Part shown: positions 48,635 to 53,518 of the stretch, in pieces
How positions within the stretch are numbered: position 1 is the first letter of the stretch
Layout of the letters: every line of letters begins with the position of its first letter
From: a virus
Taxonomy: Duplodnaviria > Caudoviricetes
Virus record (IMG/VR): IMGVR_UViG_3300021373_003472
Span: 1 to 53,518 of that record
Length of the DNA: 53,518 nt
Strand: one strand, 5' to 3'
Notes under the pieces: model-generated
What the model was told of the DNA's origin: nothing
Database searches by the model: none
The model's input: the letters and a program-made list of their open reading frames with translations, nothing else
Program-made: the position numbers and the translations under genes

Positions 48635-49896
48635 TATAAGTTTATTTCGTATCTTTCAGTCCAACCTCTTTTTTCACTATGACCCCAATAAACTACTTTA
48701 GAAGGATTTTTTTCAGTCATAAACATTTTTTCATAATGTATTGGTTGACCTTGTTCTAAAAATAATTTTAATCTATAATCATCTATATACTCAGATTCAA
48801 TTCCAGTTCCATTTTCATCATCAAAAGCAACTAAGATAAAATTATAGTCTTTTTCAGGTAAATAAGAAGGTTGAATATCTACTAAATGGTAAAAAGAATG
48901 CATAAAACTATCTTCCCATTCTTGTTTATCTTCTATAATAGGGTTTGGGGGTAAAAAATTATCTTTTGTATATTTTTGAAATGATTTTTTTTCAAAATGT
49001 ATACCAGCGTATTTTTCATAATCTCTTAAAGTACGAACTGTTCCTAAATCATAACCAGTTAAATCAAACCCATTATCTTCTACTCTTAGTAATTGTCTTA
49101 TTTTAGCTCTACCTACATTATTTTCTCTCCACCAACTATCTTCACCTCTTTTAGATTGATCATCCCATACTAATATTCCATCTCTTTCTTCTCTCATTGT
49201 AGCATGCCATATTACTACTCTATGAGGATGAAATAAATCGTAACCATGTGTATAACTTCTTACTGTTAAATTTATTTCTTCTCCTGCAAAGAAAATATCT
49301 GAATCGTGTTTTACTTCTCTAGCCCATTTATTAGGACCAAAACAAAAATGTCCAGAAATAAACCTAGCAGGAACTGGTTTGTTTAATTTTTTCCAGTCTA
49401 TTGCAAATCCTGTAGGTCTAATAAAGATAGTGCCATGAGGGTAAAATGAAGCTGCTTCACTATACCATGGTTCTTGAACTCTATCTTCTGGGTCATTAAA
49501 TGGGTTATAATAGGGTAAATAACCACAAATTAAAGGATTATGACCATCTTTAACTAATTGATCGTACCATTCAATTAAAGTTTTATCCCAATCTTTTGTA
49601 AATCTATGATGTGAATCTAATTGTAAAACAAAATCTTCATCTTCTAATAATTGATCATTTATAATTGCTCTTGCATAGGCTAAACCTTTAGCTTCTTCAT
49701 AGGGCATATCATAAATTTTAAATCTTTTATCTTTTCTATATTTGTCTACATTATCAAACCCATCTTCAGGGTTAAATTGCCTACAAATTCCAAAATGTAT
49801 ACGGTTAGGATATTTAGCTTGAGCTAAAGCATCTTCAATTGTAGGTATTAATTCTGGTTCCCTGTAAGCAGGAAGATGTAACATTATTTTTCTCAT
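48634..49896 (-). CDS. GT60-like (Skp1 hydroxyproline GlcNAc-transferase family) glycosyltransferase
   Basis: AYREPEL, GLAYAR, LQLDSHHRF, FAGEE, R.YTHGYDLFHP, WH, LGTVRTL.DY. Confidence 0.8.
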   Translation of the reverse strand: MRKIMLHLPAYREPELIPTIEDALAQAKYPNRIHFGICRQFNPEDGFDNVDKYRKDKRFKIYDMPYEEAKGLAYARAIINDQLLEDEDFVLQLDSHHRFTKDWDKTLIEWYDQLVKDGHNPLICGYLPYYNPFNDPEDRVQEPWYSEAASFYPHGTIFIRPTGFAIDWKKLNKPVPARFISGHFCFGPNKWAREVKHDSDIFFAGEEINLTVRSYTHGYDLFHPHRVVIWHATMREERDGILVWDDQSKRGEDSWWRENNVGRAKIRQLLRVEDNGFDLTGYDLGTVRTLRDYEKYAGIHFEKKSFQKYTKDNFLPPNPIIEDKQEWEDSFMHSFYHLVDIQPSYLPEKDYNFILVAFDDENGTGIESEYIDDYRLKLFLEQGQPIHYEKMFMTEKNPSKVVYWGHSEKRGWTERYEINL

Positions 49897-51359
49897 AAAA
49901 GTTTCTCTAGTCTTTCTTCATGGATATACCCTTTAGATACAGAGTGGGGCCAAATAACATATTTGTAAGGATATTCACCAAAAAATTCCCTCCATATTCT
50001 TACTATCCCATCTCCTTGAGAAGAAGTATGTAATAAAGTATCTATTTCGTTAGTATCAGCATCAACCCTAGATATAACAGTTCCATCTTCTTTTTCAAAA
50101 GATACTACCCAAAAATCATAATCATTTTCTTTAAAATGACCTTCATGTACATCAATACAATGTTTAAAATGTGGAAGTAAAGAATTTTCATATTCTAATT
50201 CACTTAAAGTTTGTGGATTTGGAGGTGGTTTTAAATCTAAAGTATATTGTTGTACTTTTCTATCTTTAAATCTTAACCCAGCATATTTTTCATATTCCTC
50301 TAAAGTACGTTCTTCACCAAAATAAAATTTACCAAAAGACTTTTTAACACAAGGGGTACATACTTCTCCATCCATTTCATGCATTAGTCTATATCTGTGG
50401 TGGGACTGAGCATCTCTTGTTTCCCAATCACTATTATCATCCCAATGTCTTTTTCCTGTACTTCTAGTATATTCATGCCATCCAATAATTTTATGTGGAT
50501 GAAATAAGTCATAGCCATGAGTAAAAGCTCGAGCTGCTATACTTGGTTCTTCTCCATGGAAATACATTTGAGGATCGTGTTGAACTTCTTCACAAAATTT
50601 ACCTGTAGTAAAAGCAAAATGTGCTGAATAAAATCTAGCAGGAATTGGTTCTTTTAATTTTTGCCATTCAGGAATTAATGAAGGGAAAGTGAATATATAA
50701 CCTTCTGGGGTATATCTGTTAAAATCCATTTGCCAAACTTCTTGGGTTCTGCCTTGAGGATCATTATTAGGAAAAAAGGATGGTAAATAAGAAGTAATTA
50801 AAGGTTTTTTACTTCCTTTAGATTGAAGTTGTTTATACATTGCTATTAAATGTTTATCCCATTCTTCAATAAATCTTTCATGGGAATCTATTTGCAATGT
50901 ATATCTTTCTCCTTTATAATATTGTTGGATTTTATGTCTAGCCCAGCATACTCCTTCAGCTTCTTCATATGGTATATCTAATATTGTAAACCTAGAATCA
51001 TTCCAATATTGTTCAGGAATTACATCCCAAGTATCTTCAGCTGCATGTTGCCAGGCAATACAAATTCTTAAATTTTCTGGGTGTTTTGCGTTATATAATA
51101 AACTTTGAATAGTAGGGACAAGTTGGGGGTCTCTATAAGCTGCTATTTGTACAAAAATGGTATCTTTTTTTGTTTGTTTATAAGGAATAAGTATAGTTTT
51201 TTTCTTTTTAGGTTTATTATAAGAAACTAAATCATTTAATTTTTCTTGTCTTTCATCACACCCACAATCATCACCTAAAATTTTTTTAACTAACCATTTT
51301 ATACCCGTAAATTTAGTAATAAATTCGATAGTATCACCTAATCCCTTGTGTTTCCCCAT
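49893..51359 (-). CDS. GT60-like glycosyltransferase with extra N-terminal CGC domain
   Basis: IFVQIAAYRDP, GVCWAR, LQIDSHERF, FHGEE, RAFTHGYDLFHP. Confidence 0.8.
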   Translation of the reverse strand: MGKHKGLGDTIEFITKFTGIKWLVKKILGDDCGCDERQEKLNDLVSYNKPKKKKTILIPYKQTKKDTIFVQIAAYRDPQLVPTIQSLLYNAKHPENLRICIAWQHAAEDTWDVIPEQYWNDSRFTILDIPYEEAEGVCWARHKIQQYYKGERYTLQIDSHERFIEEWDKHLIAMYKQLQSKGSKKPLITSYLPSFFPNNDPQGRTQEVWQMDFNRYTPEGYIFTFPSLIPEWQKLKEPIPARFYSAHFAFTTGKFCEEVQHDPQMYFHGEEPSIAARAFTHGYDLFHPHKIIGWHEYTRSTGKRHWDDNSDWETRDAQSHHRYRLMHEMDGEVCTPCVKKSFGKFYFGEERTLEEYEKYAGLRFKDRKVQQYTLDLKPPPNPQTLSELEYENSLLPHFKHCIDVHEGHFKENDYDFWVVSFEKEDGTVISRVDADTNEIDTLLHTSSQGDGIVRIWREFFGEYPYKYVIWPHSVSKGYIHEERLEKLL

Positions 51360-51377
51360 TATAAATAACTTTTATTA

Positions 51378-51409
51378 TTAATGTACAACTTAATTATTTA
51401 AAAACCAAA
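51378..51409 (-). promoter_or_regulatory. Bacteroidota-type -33/-7 promoter for glycan operon
   Basis: TTTG-N20-TACATTAA upstream of 51359. Confidence 0.6.
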
Positions 51410-51415
51410 TTATTT

Positions 51416-51754
51416 TTATCTATCTATATTAATTATTATATTAGTATCTGTTATTTTAGATGTTGGTAAAGGTTTAGCTAATTTAGCAACTGCTAATAAA
51501 TTATGATTGTCATCATATAACCCTACAGTAGTTACATAAGGAGCAAAATAAGAACCTGTTACAAAATCATATACAAACCCTTCACTACCTGTAAGTAATG
51601 TTGGGTTATTAGAATAATTATACTCATCTGCTCCTATAGTACAATTATATTGGGTTTCAAATATAGTAAAAGAACTAGAGAATGAAATTGTTACATCAGA
51701 ACCTGTAATGTATGTATTTAAAAAATTATTATAAACCTCTCTTGGAGTAGCCAT
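51416..51754 (-). CDS. Putative baseplate/tail-associated protein
   Basis: YVTTVGLYDD..NLLAVAKL..P motif; TGS-rich; upstream TATTTATA. Confidence 0.55.
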   Translation of the reverse strand: MATPREVYNNFLNTYITGSDVTISFSSSFTIFETQYNCTIGADEYNYSNNPTLLTGSEGFVYDFVTGSYFAPYVTTVGLYDDNHNLLAVAKLAKPLPTSKITDTNIIINIDR

Positions 51755-51771
51755 ATTATATTATTATATAT

Positions 51772-51779
51772 TATAAATA
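51772..51779 (-). promoter_or_regulatory. Putative late promoter TATTTATA
   Basis: 17 nt upstream of ATG 51754. Confidence 0.55.
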
Positions 51780-51796
51780 TTTTAAATTAATACTTT

Positions 51797-52303
51797 TTAA
51801 TTTTTTGTCCAAAGAGTATTATTTAAACAGATATATATACTTCCATTTTGATTAACATTGCCCTTAAATCTATTTAATAATATAGGTTCATTTTCAGGTA
51901 TATTTTCGAAATCTTTCCCCCACCAAATGTCTAATAAAATTAAATCATAAGTATTTGTAGTAGTATAATTAAATACATCACCCACAATTAGATTAATAGA
52001 TGAATCTAAATGATTGTTATTTTGTACCCAATAAACTAATTCACTATTATTATCAATTACATCTATAGTACTACAATCTGTATTATTTGAAATCCAATAA
52101 GGCATATATCCTAATCCTAAACCTCCAATTAATATAGAATCATAAGTTAAATCATGAATTCTACTGCAAATATTTAAATAATCTTCATTATTTTTTAAAG
52201 GTTGTCTAAAATGTTTTTGGTCAAAAAACCAATAACTATTTTCTATAAATTTTATATTAAAGCTATTGCCATCATATTCAGTAAGTAAATTATTAGGTAT
52301 CAT
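51797..52303 (-). CDS. Class I SAM-dependent methyltransferase (spermidine-synthase-like)
   Basis: ILIGGLGLG, IDVID, GDVF, YDLILLDIW. Confidence 0.8.
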   Translation of the reverse strand: MIPNNLLTEYDGNSFNIKFIENSYWFFDQKHFRQPLKNNEDYLNICSRIHDLTYDSILIGGLGLGYMPYWISNNTDCSTIDVIDNNSELVYWVQNNNHLDSSINLIVGDVFNYTTTNTYDLILLDIWWGKDFENIPENEPILLNRFKGNVNQNGSIYICLNNTLWTKN

Positions 52304-52319
52304 ATTATTTTATTTTTAA

Positions 52320-53516
52320 TTAAAAACTACACAGTCCTGTTAATGTTAATACTCCACTACCATTAGTTGTACCATATTCAAAACCATCTGAAACAAAGAA
52401 GTTATTAAGTGTTTTAACACAACTTGTATTAGTATATATAGTTATACCATTTGTAAAACTACTGCTACTAGCTCCTAAGTTAGATGGTATTGCTTCACAG
52501 GCAGTGGCAGCAGAGACACTACTAAATCCTAATGATTGAGTAAAACAACTTACGGCATTAGTTGGAGTTCTAGAAGGTGTTCTACTAATTGAAGGTGTAA
52601 TACTTACACTAGGAGTTCTAGATACAGATGGAGTCCTTGATTTAGAAACTGATGGTGTGGGAGTAGTACATGTACTAGCTATATCAATTACTTCCCCAAC
52701 ATTATTAATCTGAATTGCTTTTGTAGGTGAACCTGTTGCTGATGCTATACCATAGTAATAAGATTGGCCATTAAAAGGTGTACCAACATTATCAGTTATA
52801 ATTGTTCCTGTTGTAATAGCTGAGAATGTTGAAACATTAGCATATAATCCATTAGCTGCAAACCCAGCACAAGCATCAACTACATTAGTATAATTATTAC
52901 TATCTGCTGTTCTAGCTCCTACAAAGAAGAAACCAGGTGTTGTTGAAATTGAAGGTGTTCTAGATACCGAAGGAGTTCTTGATGGAGTATTTGAAACACA
53001 AGTTGAAACTACTCCAACTTTAGCATAGTTAGTTCCTCCTTCAGGGCTAATAGTATAAACATTAGCTCCATTAGCTATATAAACAGGAGATGTAGCTCCC
53101 CCAGGAAGAAAATCTCTAAGATCCGTAGTATAATCCGCAGGGGTTCCAGCACTATCAGTTGTATATAGGTAATCTCCTACTTGTAATGGGGCTCTATCAT
53201 AGTAAACTTTTGTTGTATGAGGATTAAAACATGCATCTACAGCAGTTAATGCTAAATTATATGTAAGTCCAGTTAATGGTGATGTTGGTGTTCTTGTAAT
53301 ACTTGGTGTTATACTCACACTAGGGGTTCTTGAAGGTGTTCTAGTAATTGAAGGTGTTAGAGATACAGAAGCAGTTCTTGTTATACTAGGAGTCCTAGAT
53401 ACACTAGGTGTTCTAGAAGGAGTCCTTGTAATTGAAGGTGTAATACTTACACTAGGGGTCCTAGATACACTAGGTGTTCTAGAAGGAGTCCTTGTAATTG
53501 AAGGTGTAATACTTAC
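52320..53516 (-). CDS. Partial mucin-like Thr/Ser/Pro-repeat protein with Cys-bracketed domains (5' end outside window)
   Basis: Frame stays open to the window edge (VSITPSITRTPSRTPSVSRTPS...); GTG 53318 is an internal Val. Confidence 0.8.
   Translation of the reverse strand, partial: VSITPSITRTPSRTPSVSRTPSVSITPSITRTPSRTPSVSRTPSITRTASVSLTPSITRTPSRTPSVSITPSITRTPTSPLTGLTYNLALTAVDACFNPHTTKVYYDRAPLQVGDYLYTTDSAGTPADYTTDLRDFLPGGATSPVYIANGANVYTISPEGGTNYAKVGVVSTCVSNTPSRTPSVSRTPSISTTPGFFFVGARTADSNNYTNVVDACAGFAANGLYANVSTFSAITTGTIITDNVGTPFNGQSYYYGIASATGSPTKAIQINNVGEVIDIASTCTTPTPSVSKSRTPSVSRTPSVSITPSISRTPSRTPTNAVSCFTQSLGFSSVSAATACEAIPSNLGASSSSFTNGITIYTNTSCVKTLNNFFVSDGFEYGTTNGSGVLTLTGLCSF
53385..53516. 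repeat. 66-bp in-frame tandem repeat, 2 copies
   Basis: 53385-53450 and 53451-53516 differ at one base; unit encodes VSITPSITRTPSRTPSVSRTPS. Confidence 0.9.
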
Positions 53517-53518
53517 AC

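Noticed and set aside
3501-51779. Plus-strand TATAAATA as canonical T4 late promoters driving plus-strand genes
   Set aside because: No credible plus-strand genes follow; spacing is fixed relative to minus-strand starts
53316-53318. GTG start assigned to the last ORF
   Set aside because: Frame is open upstream to the window edge and the repeat continues; the codon is an internal Val
53281-53518. Repeats as a CRISPR array
   Set aside because: No unique spacers; repeats are in-frame coding units
1-53518. Stop-codon reassignment, tRNAs, introns or inteins
   Set aside because: Genes tile densely under the standard code with TAG/TAA/TGA at real gene ends; core genes look uninterrupted; no tRNA-like sequence seen in the few spacers

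Overview
AT-rich (~30% GC by eye), almost entirely minus-strand fragment of a large tailed dsDNA phage with a T4-like head module; standard genetic code. In transcription order (right to left): a truncated Thr/Ser/Pro-repeat (mucin-like) protein; an 11-kb, 8-gene glycan-modification operon (two GT60/Skp1-GlcNAc-transferase-like enzymes, Gmd-like dehydratase, further glycosyltransferases, a methyltransferase, two carbamoyltransferases); GIY-YIG protein, primase and PD-(D/E)XK exonuclease; a ~13-kb block of proteins with N-terminal and internal (I/L/V)-x-E motifs resembling prohead-protease sites, including a five-domain enzyme polyprotein, a zeta-like kinase and a nuclease; FAD oxidoreductase; a spanin-like pair; terminase, portal, prohead protease, scaffold and major capsid protein; PhoH; neck proteins; and paralogous beta-rich virion proteins. 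Two promoter classes are visible: TATTTATA 12-20 nt before structural and cargo genes, and TTTG-N20-TAYATTWW (Bacteroidota -33/-7-like) before non-structural genes, suggesting a Bacteroidota host. Best candidates for undescribed systems, both inferred: (1) capsid-targeted, protease-processed enzyme cargo and (2) phage-encoded O-glycosylation/carbamoylation of virion proteins. Family calls come from motif recognition only; no searches were run.
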